64,000 nt of DNA from Myxococcota bacterium (GTDB lineage Bacteria > Myxococcota_A > UBA9160 > UBA4427). The stretch is taken from the NCBI GenBank assembly GCA_965250285.1, contig OZ252299.1, positions 800,001-864,000 of the forward strand, in the 5' to 3' direction. The notes below the pieces were generated by a model. The model did no database searches. It was not told the origin of the DNA and saw only the letters and a program-made list of their open reading frames with translations. How positions within the stretch are numbered: position 1 is the stretch's first letter; the number at the start of each line of letters is the position of its first letter. The translations under genes and the position numbers were made by a program. Shown piece by piece: positions 29,728-39,383 of the stretch.

Positions 29728-32700
29728 TCAGGCGTCGGGGCGCCCCGCGGCGAGTTGGCGGGCGCGCTCGGCCAGCATGGAGAGCCCCCGCTCGTCCGCT
29801 GGGGCGATCTCGGCCTCGGCGATCTCGCGCGCCTCGGCCTCGTCGCCCGGTCGGGCGCGCATCAGGCGCCAGCGGGCGCGTTCGAGCCGAGCCCGCACGA
29901 CGTAGGGCCACGCGCCCATCGCCACGGCCTCGCGTTCGCCCTGTTGCATCGCGCGCTCGGCCTCGTCGAAGTCACCGAGCACGGCCTGGGCCATGCCCGA
30001 GAAGAGCGCGAACGGGCCGTAGTACCCGACCGGTCCGGCGGCCTGCAGCTCGTGAAGACCGGCCAGCGGTGCCGCGAGCGCCTCGGCAGCCGTCGTATCC
30101 CAGAGCTGCGCGCAGACCTGTGCGGTGGTGCCGGTGGCGCTGCTGCCTGTGGTGGGTTGGTCGATGCTGGCAAAGCCATCTTCGAGCGCGCGGTGGAGTG
30201 AGGCGCGCGCTTCGTCGCGTCGACCGGTCTCGACCAGCATCATGGCGAGCGCCGAGTGCCACACCCCCATGTCGGGCAGCTGCTCGATCAGCCCGCGCAC
30301 CTGGCCTTCGAGCTCGCCGGCCCGTCCCTGCTCGAGCCGGATGTACAACATGTGCGCCCCGAAGGCCTGCATCGAATTCACGGGATCCCCCGCGCTCCCG
30401 AGCCCCAGCGATTCGATCGCCATGGCCTCGCCTCGTGCCAGGTCGGCCTCCATCAAGACGAGCCCCGCACGGATCGAAAGGGCACGCGACTGCGCGACGG
30501 GCAGTCGCATGGCCCGGGCCCGCGTCTCCATGTCTTCGACGTCGCGGTGCACGAGGTCGAGGCGGCCGAGCTTCATCGCTTCGATGATGCGCAGGTGACG
30601 TGCCCAGATCGCCTGGTGTGCGTCGCGGCCCGAGTCGGCCGCATCGACCAGCTCGTCGGTCAACGCGATCTGCTCGGGTCGGCCGCGCAAGCGATCCCGA
30701 TTCACATAGAGCGCGCCGAGCGCGAAGCTCAGCGCAAGCGGATCGTCGGCCTCGCGGGCAAGCGCCACCGCTTCTTCGGCGTGCGCGAGCTCTTCGTCGC
30801 GGCCGCCCGACCACGCGCTCACCAGACCGAGTCGACCCAGTAGCCGCGATCGAAGCGCGGGCTCGTTGGACGAGATCTGGCTAAGCGCATCGCGGAGGAC
30901 ACCGACCTGCACGTCGTCGGTGACGCCGGTCTCGAAGGGCAGCAGCTCCTGACCCAGACCGAGCGCCGCGCGCGCGAGGAGCGTCGGATCGCCCGCGGTC
31001 GACGCCAGCGCCGCGGCTCGCTCGAACGCTTCGCGCGCCCGCGCCACGCCGCCGGCGCGATTGCTCGCATCGCCGAGCGCGCACCACAGCTCGGCCTGTC
31101 GCCCCGGCGGCAGCACATCGTCGAGCGCGGCGGCTTCGAGCGCTCGCTCGGCATGCTGCACCGCTTCGTCCCAAGCGAGCCGCTGCATGGCGACGTCGGT
31201 CGCGCGCGTGGCCCAGTACACCGCCCGTGCGGCTTCGCCCCCGGATCGCGCTGCCGTCAGGAAGCGGGTTGCGAGCTCACCCGCGACCGAGTCGAGGCTC
31301 TCGGCGCGGTGCTTCTCGAGCGCCTCGGCGATGCGGGCTTCGAGGCCGGCCCGATCCGACGGCGTCGCGGCGTCACGCAGCGACTGCTGAATCAGCCCGT
31401 GTGAGAAGCGCAAACGGGCCTCGCCGGTGGGTCGGATCAGCCCTCGACGATGTGCCTCTTCGAGGGCATCGCTCAATGCAGCGCGATCGCCGCGCCAGAT
31501 CGATTCGAGTAGGTCGAGCTCGAACTCGGGCCCGATGATGGCCGCCTGCATGAGCAGCTGACGGCAGGCGTCGCTGGTTTGAGCCAGTCGGCTCTCGATC
31601 ACGCCCCGCATGGCCGGCGGCACGTCCCCACCGAGACGCTCCGCGAGCGCGTCGCGACCGAGCGCGCCCTCGTCGTCGAGCATCTGCACCAGTTGCCGGA
31701 CGAAGAGCGGGTTGCCCCCGGTCCGCTGCCAGAGCGCTGCGACGTCTTCGCCGCCCAGCTCGCGGCCCGTCGTCGCTCGAGCGAGCGCCCCGGTCTCGTC
31801 CTGGGACAGACCGCTGAGCACGACCGTGCGGTCGTCGGGTGCGCGACTGCTGGCTGCGAGTACTTCCGGCAGGCCGTGGCCCTCGACGAGGTCTTCGCGT
31901 CGATACGTACCGATGAGCAGCACCGGCAGAGTGCTGAGCTCGGGCACGCAGTGCGCGAGCGCGCGCAGCGACGATCGATCGGCCCAGTGGAGATCGTCGA
32001 AGAGCACGACGAGGGGGCCGCGTGCGGCCGAGGCGTGCAGAAAGCAGCTCAGCGCATCGAGCACCTGGAAGCGCGCCGAAGCGGCGTCGAGCTTCGGCGC
32101 CGCCGGCAGATCGGGCATCCGCGTGCGGAGGCTGGGGAGTAGATTCGCGAGCACCGGCGCGCCTTCGCCGAGCAACGTGAAGGGATCTTCGGCAGGCGCC
32201 GAACGCACGGCCTGCCTGACCAGCTGCACCCAGGGCCACCACGGCGGCGCGCCCTGGTTCGGCAGGCAACGCCCGGTCCACACGCGCGCGCCGCTCTCGC
32301 TCGCTCGCGCGATCAGCTCCTGAGCGAGGCGCGTCTTGCCGACGCCCGCTTCGCCTTCGATCCAGATGGCGCGCCCAGCGCCGGCTGCGGCGTGCGCGAA
32401 GTCGCTCTCGAGCGCGTCGAGCACATCCGCGCGCCCGATCAGCGCATCGGCTCGGTTCGGGCTCGGCGTTTCGCGTTCGTCGACGCGGGCCACGAAGTGA
32501 AAGCCGACCCGCGAGACGGTCTTGATTACCGACTGAGAGCGGGCGTCGTCGCCGACCGCCTTGCGGGCGAGATGGAGCGCGCGGTTCAGGGCATTCGGCT
32601 CGACCGCCACATCGGGCCAGAAGCGGTCGAGCAGCTCGTCCTTCGTGACGACCCGGTCACGATGCCGCACCAGGTAGCAGAGCACCTCGAAGGCGCGCGG

Positions 32701-32781
32701 CTGAATCGCGACCGACTCGCCACCGGCACGCAGGAGCAGACGTTCGTCGTCGAGCTCGAAGCGGTCGAAGCGGTAGATCAC
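29728..32781 (-). CDS. Winged-helix (OmpR-type) + AAA ATPase + TPR transcriptional regulator
   Basis: YRFDRFELD..VTKDELLDRFW..IKTVSRVGFHF, Walker A GEAGVGKT, Walker B VVLFDDLHWAD, TGGNPLF, helical repeats. GTG start inferred. Confidence 0.85.
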   Translation of the reverse strand: MIYRFDRFELDDERLLLRAGGESVAIQPRAFEVLCYLVRHRDRVVTKDELLDRFWPDVAVEPNALNRALHLARKAVGDDARSQSVIKTVSRVGFHFVARVDERETPSPNRADALIGRADVLDALESDFAHAAAGAGRAIWIEGEAGVGKTRLAQELIARASESGARVWTGRCLPNQGAPPWWPWVQLVRQAVRSAPAEDPFTLLGEGAPVLANLLPSLRTRMPDLPAAPKLDAASARFQVLDALSCFLHASAARGPLVVLFDDLHWADRSSLRALAHCVPELSTLPVLLIGTYRREDLVEGHGLPEVLAASSRAPDDRTVVLSGLSQDETGALARATTGRELGGEDVAALWQRTGGNPLFVRQLVQMLDDEGALGRDALAERLGGDVPPAMRGVIESRLAQTSDACRQLLMQAAIIGPEFELDLLESIWRGDRAALSDALEEAHRRGLIRPTGEARLRFSHGLIQQSLRDAATPSDRAGLEARIAEALEKHRAESLDSVAGELATRFLTAARSGGEAARAVYWATRATDVAMQRLAWDEAVQHAERALEAAALDDVLPPGRQAELWCALGDASNRAGGVARAREAFERAAALASTAGDPTLLARAALGLGQELLPFETGVTDDVQVGVLRDALSQISSNEPALRSRLLGRLGLVSAWSGGRDEELAHAEEAVALAREADDPLALSFALGALYVNRDRLRGRPEQIALTDELVDAADSGRDAHQAIWARHLRIIEAMKLGRLDLVHRDVEDMETRARAMRLPVAQSRALSIRAGLVLMEADLARGEAMAIESLGLGSAGDPVNSMQAFGAHMLYIRLEQGRAGELEGQVRGLIEQLPDMGVWHSALAMMLVETGRRDEARASLHRALEDGFASIDQPTTGSSATGTTAQVCAQLWDTTAAEALAAPLAGLHELQAAGPVGYYGPFALFSGMAQAVLGDFDEAERAMQQGEREAVAMGAWPYVVRARLERARWRLMRARPGDEAEAREIAEAEIAPADERGLSMLAERARQLAAGRPDA

Positions 32782-32971
32782 GAGGCGCGTCCATCGGTTC
32801 GTGGGTGGATCGAGCACGCGCTTGCCAGACGCGCTGCATTCGACCCTAGCAACGGCCGGTCGGCCACGCTGTGCGAAGCCGAAGCCGGCGGATGCAGATG
32901 GCAAGCGAATCGGTCGGTCAACCCCGATGCCTCGCGCAATCGGCGGCCGATGCCGCCCTCGACATGCCGGG

Positions 32972-33832
32972 CTACGCGAGCTGGTCGCGTACCGTCTCCG
33001 CCCAGGCCCCGTAGCGATGCCAGCGCACGTCGGGGAACTCCTGGCGCAATGCGTCGATGTCGGCCCGGTAGCCCGTCGACTCGAACCACTCGAACATGCG
33101 CCGCATGTCGCTCTCGGGCCCGCCGAGCGTCTCGAATGGGGTCTGCTCGTAGTCGACCTTGCGGTTCGTCGCCGCACCCAGTGCGGCCGCGGTCTCCCGC
33201 CCCGTCACCGCGTCGGAGGCGACGTCGATCGCGCGCCCGATGAAGCGGTCAGGGTTCAGCAAGACCTCCGCTGCGACCTGGCCGTAGTCGGGGGCGCACA
33301 CCTGCTGCAGGAGTCGGTCGGGCGACATCGGCAACGCGAACGTGCCCGCGCGGAGGCGCTCGAGCGATGACTGGCCGAGGACGTTCTCCATGAAGTAGGC
33401 GGGGCGAAGGATCGTGTGGCCGAGCCCGCTGGCCGCCAGCATCTTCTCGACTTCGTACTTGCTGTCGAAGTGGGGCACGCCCGTCGACTGATCCGCGCTG
33501 CCGACTGAGCTGAAGAGGAAATGGGCAACACCGGCGCGGGTGGCGGCCTGGATCAATGCGCGACCCTGGACGATCTCGTCCTCTGGGCCCCCTTCGAACG
33601 GGCTCGTGAGCGCGAAGACGCCGTCTGCGCCGGCCATGCCTTCGGCGAGGGCGGCCTCGTCGGACATCGACGCCGAGACCAGCGCGACACCGGCAGCGCG
33701 CAACGCCACGCCGCGCGCGCCTTCGGGGCTACGGGTTACGCCCCGCACCGTCGCGCCTCTGTTCAGCAATGACTGGACGACGACGCCACCTTGCATGCCC
33801 GTCGCTCCGAGAACCAGGATCGTCTTCGGCAT
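32972..33832 (-). CDS. NmrA/HSCARG family protein
   Basis: LVLGATGMQGG, FSSVGSA..TGVPHFDSK, LRPAYFMEN. Confidence 0.88.
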   Translation of the reverse strand: MPKTILVLGATGMQGGVVVQSLLNRGATVRGVTRSPEGARGVALRAAGVALVSASMSDEAALAEGMAGADGVFALTSPFEGGPEDEIVQGRALIQAATRAGVAHFLFSSVGSADQSTGVPHFDSKYEVEKMLAASGLGHTILRPAYFMENVLGQSSLERLRAGTFALPMSPDRLLQQVCAPDYGQVAAEVLLNPDRFIGRAIDVASDAVTGRETAAALGAATNRKVDYEQTPFETLGGPESDMRRMFEWFESTGYRADIDALRQEFPDVRWHRYGAWAETVRDQLA

Positions 33833-34188
33833 CGGCCGGAAGATAGGTCGGCGAGGCATGCAAGGCTCGGCCGTGCGCCTGCGCGGGCCAACGATGGTGT
33901 GGGTCTGGGCGGCGAGAGCGACGGGGTCGGGCCATTCGAACCGCGGTCGGGGGGCGGTTTCTTCGACAGGCGTCCGTATTCAGATCGATTCCGAAACGTG
34001 CCCGAAGGGGCTTCTCGAATGTGCAAGTCACGGCACGCTCGCTGGGGAGTTTGCGAGTGAGCGCGGACGAGAATCAAGTTTCCCTGACCGCTCCGAATTG
34101 TGTCAGACTGAAAGGGAACGGTGCCCACGCGCGCGAGCCCCTCGATCAAGCTGGAGGCACCGGGATCAGGTTGGTTCGGAGGCGCTTC

Positions 34189-35019
34189 GTGCTTCGGTCG
34201 TGTGCGTTGGTTCTCTCGCTCTTGCTGCTGGCAATCCCGGCCCGCGTCGACGCGCAGGTCTTCGAGCGATTCGAGATCGACCCGACGCGGAGCTTCCTGC
34301 AGTTCGACTCGGGCGAAGTCTCGGGGCAACTGGGCGAGAGCACCTTCGCGTTTGCTGCGCTCACCGCTCAGCCGGGCACGGGCCCCGTGCCGCTGTCGGG
34401 GGACATGATCCTCCGATTCGATCCAGACCTGACGACGCCGAACAGTGTCTCGGCCGTTGCGGGCACGACCGACATTCGACCGGCCAACGACTACACGGTC
34501 TCGCCCGGACCGGGGGCCATCCCCGGCGCGGGGCCTGCCGCGTTCGGCCTTGAGTTCGATGACCCCGCCGTCGGTGTCGGCGGCCAGGTGGCGCTGCGGG
34601 ATCTGATCTTCATCTTCAATGCGGGGCTCCAAGTCTTTCCGAACTCGCTGGGGCCGTGGGGACTTCGTGGCTCGGTCTCGCTCACCCAGATTCGAGGCAC
34701 GTACGACACCGATTTCGGCGGCGAGACGTTCGTGTCCCTTCCGGTCGGAAAACTGACGCCGCTCTTCGGGGGGGGCGTGTTCAGCGGCGACTCGCAGCTC
34801 GAAGAGGTGTCGCCCGGGGTCTATGAGATCACGCTGCCCTTCCAGACCGACGTGGGCTCGTTCGGTCTTCCCGGCCCCGTCACCGGCGCGACCCTCTTCA
34901 CCAACTTCTCCGGTGTCATCGTTGGCACGACTCAAGTGCCCGAGCCGAGCATCGGCATGGGCATGGTGGCCGGCGTTTCGGTTCTGATCGGACTCGCGCG
35001 TCGGAGGGCGCGCCGATGA
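34189..35019 (+). CDS. PEP-CTERM surface protein
   Basis: GGAGG RBS then GTG; signal peptide ending ARVDA; C-terminus QVPEPSIGMGMVAGVSVLIGLARRRARR. Confidence 0.75.
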   Translation: MLRSCALVLSLLLLAIPARVDAQVFERFEIDPTRSFLQFDSGEVSGQLGESTFAFAALTAQPGTGPVPLSGDMILRFDPDLTTPNSVSAVAGTTDIRPANDYTVSPGPGAIPGAGPAAFGLEFDDPAVGVGGQVALRDLIFIFNAGLQVFPNSLGPWGLRGSVSLTQIRGTYDTDFGGETFVSLPVGKLTPLFGGGVFSGDSQLEEVSPGVYEITLPFQTDVGSFGLPGPVTGATLFTNFSGVIVGTTQVPEPSIGMGMVAGVSVLIGLARRRARR

Positions 35020-36398
35020 GGCGATCGAGTCTCGGGTCGGAGCGGCATGCTGGTCTGCTTCGTTGGGCGCTGGTCGTCCCCCTTGTCGCAACTCTGGGCG
35101 TTGCCGGTGTCGGTTGCGTCGAGACGAACACCGCGGACATGAATTCGCCCCCGGAGTTCGGTACTCGTACGCAGGAGTACGAGACCCGGGTCGACGAGGG
35201 CAACGACGGGACCATCGAAGCGAGCGATCCGAACGCGCTTCCGCCCGGTCTGTCGATGTCGGCCCCGGGGCTGTTGTCGAGCTCGACCGCTACGCAGACC
35301 GTCGAGTTCTACGCGAGGGCCGACCAGGACACGATCTTCGCGTCGTGCGAGCACACGCTCGAGCCGGGTACGTCGAAGACCACGTGCGACGGCGTCGTTC
35401 GCGGGGCGTTCACCGTCTCGAAGTCGGGCTTCGGCATCTTTGTGGCCGCAGCGCTCCTCGTTCCCGACAGCGACGACCGAACCCCAGCCGTCGAGGCACG
35501 ACACACGGGCGACGTCACGATCGTCTGCGGCAGCGAGCAGCGATCCGATTCCGTCGGGCGTTCTCCTGAGTTCGCCGTGCCCGACAATGAACTGCTGAAG
35601 ATGCCTGCCGTCGAAGGCGAGACGTGCGAGGTGACGATCGACTTCGCTGGCGCCGTCGAGACCGATGGCCTGACCGCGTCATTGAAGGTGATCCAGGCAG
35701 TGAGTGTGACCGGCCCGATCGAATCCACGCCCGACTGCACGACGAACGAGCAGTGCCCGGCCGAGTCTCCGTTCTGCGGCTCGAATGGGGGATGCACGAA
35801 TGGCGAAGAGGGCAGCCCTGCCGACATCCCGGCCGTGCAGTGTGCGACCGAATTCGCGACGAATGCCGCCGGCGGCCAGACGTTGTGCGTCGAGGGCGTG
35901 CCGGGCTCTCCCTGCTCGGGTGACCACGGTTGTCAGGAAGGCTACGCCTGCGTCAACAATCAGTGCCAGGGCAACACGGCCTGTGCGAGCGATGCGGATT
36001 GTCCCGTCGGAGAGTCCACCTGCACCGAGCAGGACTTCTGCAGCCCAAGCGGAGAGCAGGGCGACGGCTGCATTCTCAGCACGAAGTGTGCGAAAGGCTC
36101 GATCTGCCTGTCGAACGTCTGCACCGTCATCCGCTTCGAAGGGGAGAGCTGCGCCGAGCCCGCCACGCGGTGCGACGGCGGGTTGCGCTGCGATGGGGCT
36201 TTCTGCGTGCCGCTTCTGCCGCCGGGCTCGGCGTGCTCGGCCGACGAGGAGTGCCTGCTCTCGCCCGGGATCAACGTGTGCAACCAGGCGATCGGCGGCG
36301 AGTGTGCAGCGCGCGGACAGGCCGGCTTCGACTGCGCCCGAGACATCGAGTGCATCAGCTTCGCCGGCTGCAATGAATCCACCGGGCAGTGCTTCTGA
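35016..36398 (+). CDS. Cysteine-rich repeat lipoprotein
   Basis: Lipobox VAGVGC. The C-terminal half has many C-x4/5-C-x5-C-x4-C units (G.C....C..G..C....C). ATGA overlap with the upstream gene. Confidence 0.7.
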   Translation: MRRSSLGSERHAGLLRWALVVPLVATLGVAGVGCVETNTADMNSPPEFGTRTQEYETRVDEGNDGTIEASDPNALPPGLSMSAPGLLSSSTATQTVEFYARADQDTIFASCEHTLEPGTSKTTCDGVVRGAFTVSKSGFGIFVAAALLVPDSDDRTPAVEARHTGDVTIVCGSEQRSDSVGRSPEFAVPDNELLKMPAVEGETCEVTIDFAGAVETDGLTASLKVIQAVSVTGPIESTPDCTTNEQCPAESPFCGSNGGCTNGEEGSPADIPAVQCATEFATNAAGGQTLCVEGVPGSPCSGDHGCQEGYACVNNQCQGNTACASDADCPVGESTCTEQDFCSPSGEQGDGCILSTKCAKGSICLSNVCTVIRFEGESCAEPATRCDGGLRCDGAFCVPLLPPGSACSADEECLLSPGINVCNQAIGGECAARGQAGFDCARDIECISFAGCNESTGQCF

Positions 36399-36402
36399 GG
36401 CG

Positions 36403-36430
36403 AGCGGGCGGCCCGCGCACCCCGCTTTTC
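36403..36430 (+). terminator. Possible intrinsic terminator between convergent genes
   Basis: agcggg...cccgct stem followed by a short T run, just after the 36398 stop. Confidence 0.3.
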
Positions 36431-36446
36431 GCCAGTGAGCCAGCGT

Positions 36447-37043
36447 TCAGGAAGGCGCCGCGTGGCTCTCCTGGAACGCCGGCCGGGCCTCGATGCGGTC
36501 GACGTAGGCCTTGACTCTCTCGGTCGGCGAGAGCATCCCGAAGCCCGCGAAGAACGAGAGCGTGCCGCCGAAGACGATGTCGGCCGTGGTGAAGTCGGCA
36601 CCGAGCGCCCAGTCGCTTTCGGGCGTCATCGCCTCGACTGCCGCCATGCCGCGATCGAGGTCGCCGAAGCCCATCGACACGCCGTCCCAATCCTGCAGGC
36701 CCAGTGCGTGCACCGAGAGGAGCGGCTCGAGGGTCGTGCCCGGAAAGAACAGGTATCGGTAGTAGGTGCCGCGGGCTGGAGAGCCGGGCTGGGGCGCGAG
36801 ACCCTGGTCGATGTGCTTGTCGGCGAGGTAGGCACAGATCGCTGCCGACTCGGTGACGACGATGTCGTCGTCGACGAGGGTCGGGATCTTGCCCATCGGG
36901 TTCAGCGCGCGGAACTCGGGCTGTTCGAGGTCGCCGGTCGTCCAATCGACAGCGATCTGCTCGTACGAGACGCCGAGCTCGCGCAGCATCCAGTCGACGC
37001 TGACCGCTCGGCTTTGCGGGTGGTAGTAGAGCTTCAGGGACAC
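36447..37043 (-). CDS. Glutathione S-transferase family protein
   Basis: LYYHPQSRA, LNPMGKIPTL, VTESAAICAYLAD, FTTADI. GTG start. Confidence 0.9.
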   Translation of the reverse strand: MSLKLYYHPQSRAVSVDWMLRELGVSYEQIAVDWTTGDLEQPEFRALNPMGKIPTLVDDDIVVTESAAICAYLADKHIDQGLAPQPGSPARGTYYRYLFFPGTTLEPLLSVHALGLQDWDGVSMGFGDLDRGMAAVEAMTPESDWALGADFTTADIVFGGTLSFFAGFGMLSPTERVKAYVDRIEARPAFQESHAAPS

Positions 37044-37321
37044 GGTCGGACTCCCCTCTGATCGGGCCAATTGGCGGTACCGAGCCGACATCCTACCCGG
37101 TCGATCCTGTCGTCCGACCTCGAAGATTCGGGTTGCTGACAGCGCTCGTCAGCATCCGGGGATGCGTGCAGCGGGGCTCGCCCCGGTCCATTCGTGAAGC
37201 GCCATGGCCCACCGCGCGTCGATCTGCCGAGCGCCGATCGAGGGGCCGGTTGCGTGACGGTTCAGGGGGCTCAAACGGGATGCGGCTGCGCGAGCGGCCG
37301 CATCCCGCACCTGCTCATCGA

Positions 37322-38050
37322 CTACAGGAAGGGGACCGCGAGCGAGCGCTCCACGAGGTCGACGCCCGCGGCATCGACCTTCTCGCCCGTGCCGCGCAGC
37401 CCGAAGAGCGTGAGCACGCCGCCGACCGGCCGCACGACGATCGAAGACAACGCCGTGCCGCCGACTCCGAACACGACACTCGGCGTCTTGTACGCGCGCG
37501 TGTGGAACCACTCGTCGCCGACGTAGTCGGTCAACTCGGTCTGCTGGATGCGGTCGAATTCGGTGTCGTAGATCGAGCCGAGCTGCGAGCGAGACGGCTG
37601 CGCGAGCGCGCCGTACCGCAGGAGCTGTCGGCTTGCGACGCCGCGAAAGACGTACCGGGTTGCCGGGTTCGCATCGACCAGCCCCACGACGTCCCCGGCG
37701 ATCGTGCCGACCTTCTGCCCGAGCGTGCCCCCGCCCCGAACGAAGAAGAGGGTGAAGCCGGTCGAGAGCCCCTGAAAGAAGCTGTCGGCGACGGTGATCG
37801 TGCCATCCCGCAGATTCGACCCGATGCGTCTCGGGATGGACTGATCGGCATAGGGCTTCTCGTCGATGTCCCAGCGCAGCGTGCCGGGCTCGCCCTGCGG
37901 CTCGGCCGCGTCGTTCGACTGTGTCACGGCATGCGCAGCTGGAATCGAAAGCGCGGTGGCGGCCCATACGCTCAGGACCAGCGCCAGGCGGCTCAGCGTC
38001 GGCCCACGCTTCGTACGGACGTTCGAGATGTCTCGACTGGCTTGGTGCAT
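37322..38050 (-). CDS. Hypothetical exported protein
   Basis: GGAGA RBS, signal-like LALVLSVWAATALSIPAAHA; divergent from the LysR gene. Confidence 0.55.
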   Translation of the reverse strand: MHQASRDISNVRTKRGPTLSRLALVLSVWAATALSIPAAHAVTQSNDAAEPQGEPGTLRWDIDEKPYADQSIPRRIGSNLRDGTITVADSFFQGLSTGFTLFFVRGGGTLGQKVGTIAGDVVGLVDANPATRYVFRGVASRQLLRYGALAQPSRSQLGSIYDTEFDRIQQTELTDYVGDEWFHTRAYKTPSVVFGVGGTALSSIVVRPVGGVLTLFGLRGTGEKVDAAGVDLVERSLAVPFL

Positions 38051-38221
38051 CTTGGATGTCTCCCGTTGCGATCGGTGGGCGCGTCCGGTCTGTGGCGGGT
38101 CAATCTAGATGCGCTTCGCGCGGCGGACCGCGGCAATCGGTGCACGGCTCCGTTGCGGGAACCGGGCCGGGCTGCCCGGAAGACATCGCTTGGCGTCTCG
38201 GGGCATCGGAAGGAGAGCAGC

Positions 38222-39088
38222 TTGAACTGGGCACACCTCGAGGTCTTCCTCGTTCTGTTCCAGGAGGGCAGCGTGGCCAAGGCCGCGGCGCGGATCGGCG
38301 TCGAGCCTTCGACCGTCAGCCGACGCTTGACCGCCCTCGAAGAGGAGGTCGGTCATGCACTCTTCTTGCGCACGCGCAACGGGCTCACGCCGACCGACCG
38401 CGCGAGTCGGCTCGCGCCCCTCGCCTTCGAGATCGATGCCAAGGTGCGCGAGGCCGCCGCGGTCACTGCGATGGCGAACGATCGTCCGTCGGGGCTCGTT
38501 CGCGTCGCGGCGCCCGACCTGGTGGTCGAGCTCTTTCTGGTCCCTCACGTGAAAGAGCTGCTCGATCGCCATGTCGACCTGCGCATCGAGTTCAGCTCGG
38601 GCAGCGCGCTCACCGACATCGCCGGGCTCGAGGCCGACCTGGCCATTCGGTTCGTCAAGCCCGACTCGGGCGATCTGATCGCAACCCACCTCAGGCGAGC
38701 CGAGCTCGGCGTCTTCGTTTCGGGTCGAGATCGAAACAAGGCGGAGAACGACTGGTCGAAGCTCGACTGGATCTCGTGGACGCGCAGCATGGGACCGCTC
38801 CCCGAGGCGCGCTGGCTTCGGGATCAAGTCGGCGCGAAGCCGCGCTTGGGATTCAACCGGAACCCGACGATCCTGGCCGCCGTGCGCGCGGGCGCCGGCG
38901 CTGCTTTGCTCCCGCGAAGCGCGCGCAGAGTTTTTGACGACCTGGTGGAAATCGAACCACCGGAAGATGTCGAGCTGCCGGTGTACGACATGTGGCTGGT
39001 GAAGCCAACGATCCACCGTGCGAACCCGGCCGTGTCTGCGGTCGCCGCCTGGATCGAGAGCGTGTTGGGATCGGCGCAAACCGGATGA
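38222..39088 (+). CDS. LysR family transcriptional regulator
   Basis: LNWAHLEVF..GSVAKAAARIGVEPSTVSRRLTALEE HTH, EADLAIR. TTG start after GGAGAG. Confidence 0.92.
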   Translation: MNWAHLEVFLVLFQEGSVAKAAARIGVEPSTVSRRLTALEEEVGHALFLRTRNGLTPTDRASRLAPLAFEIDAKVREAAAVTAMANDRPSGLVRVAAPDLVVELFLVPHVKELLDRHVDLRIEFSSGSALTDIAGLEADLAIRFVKPDSGDLIATHLRRAELGVFVSGRDRNKAENDWSKLDWISWTRSMGPLPEARWLRDQVGAKPRLGFNRNPTILAAVRAGAGAALLPRSARRVFDDLVEIEPPEDVELPVYDMWLVKPTIHRANPAVSAVAAWIESVLGSAQTG

Positions 39089-39383
39089 ATCGAGAACGAC
39101 CGAGGGAGCGGGCGAGCGCGCAAAGCTCGCCGGTGCGGTGGCGCCTCACGCGGGGAGGGGTGGTTCGCTCACAACGTCGATGCTCGTCGCCGGGGAACGG
39201 CTGGCTCGACCACGCCCTGCGACCCCGCGCTCCGGTCCGGGTGTGCGCCCAACCGCAGCCGACCAGCAGATCATCGAGTGGGACACGATTCTGCGTCGAT
39301 CTCCTCGTTGTCTTCACTTGAATCCCAGCGTTCCCGTATACTGAACCGGGGCGGGAAGTCGGACGCACGTCAGGAGCGGGTAC

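Noticed and set aside
37133..38221. N-terminal 363-aa extension of the LysR ORF
   Set aside because: The HTH begins at TTG 38222 with its own RBS; the extension is antisense to the 37322-38050 gene.
39279..39295. Possible sigma-54 promoter (GG-N10-GC) upstream of the 39384 PEP-CTERM gene
   Set aside because: Spacing fits, but the match to TGGCACG-N4-TTGC is weak and likely by chance at this GC content.
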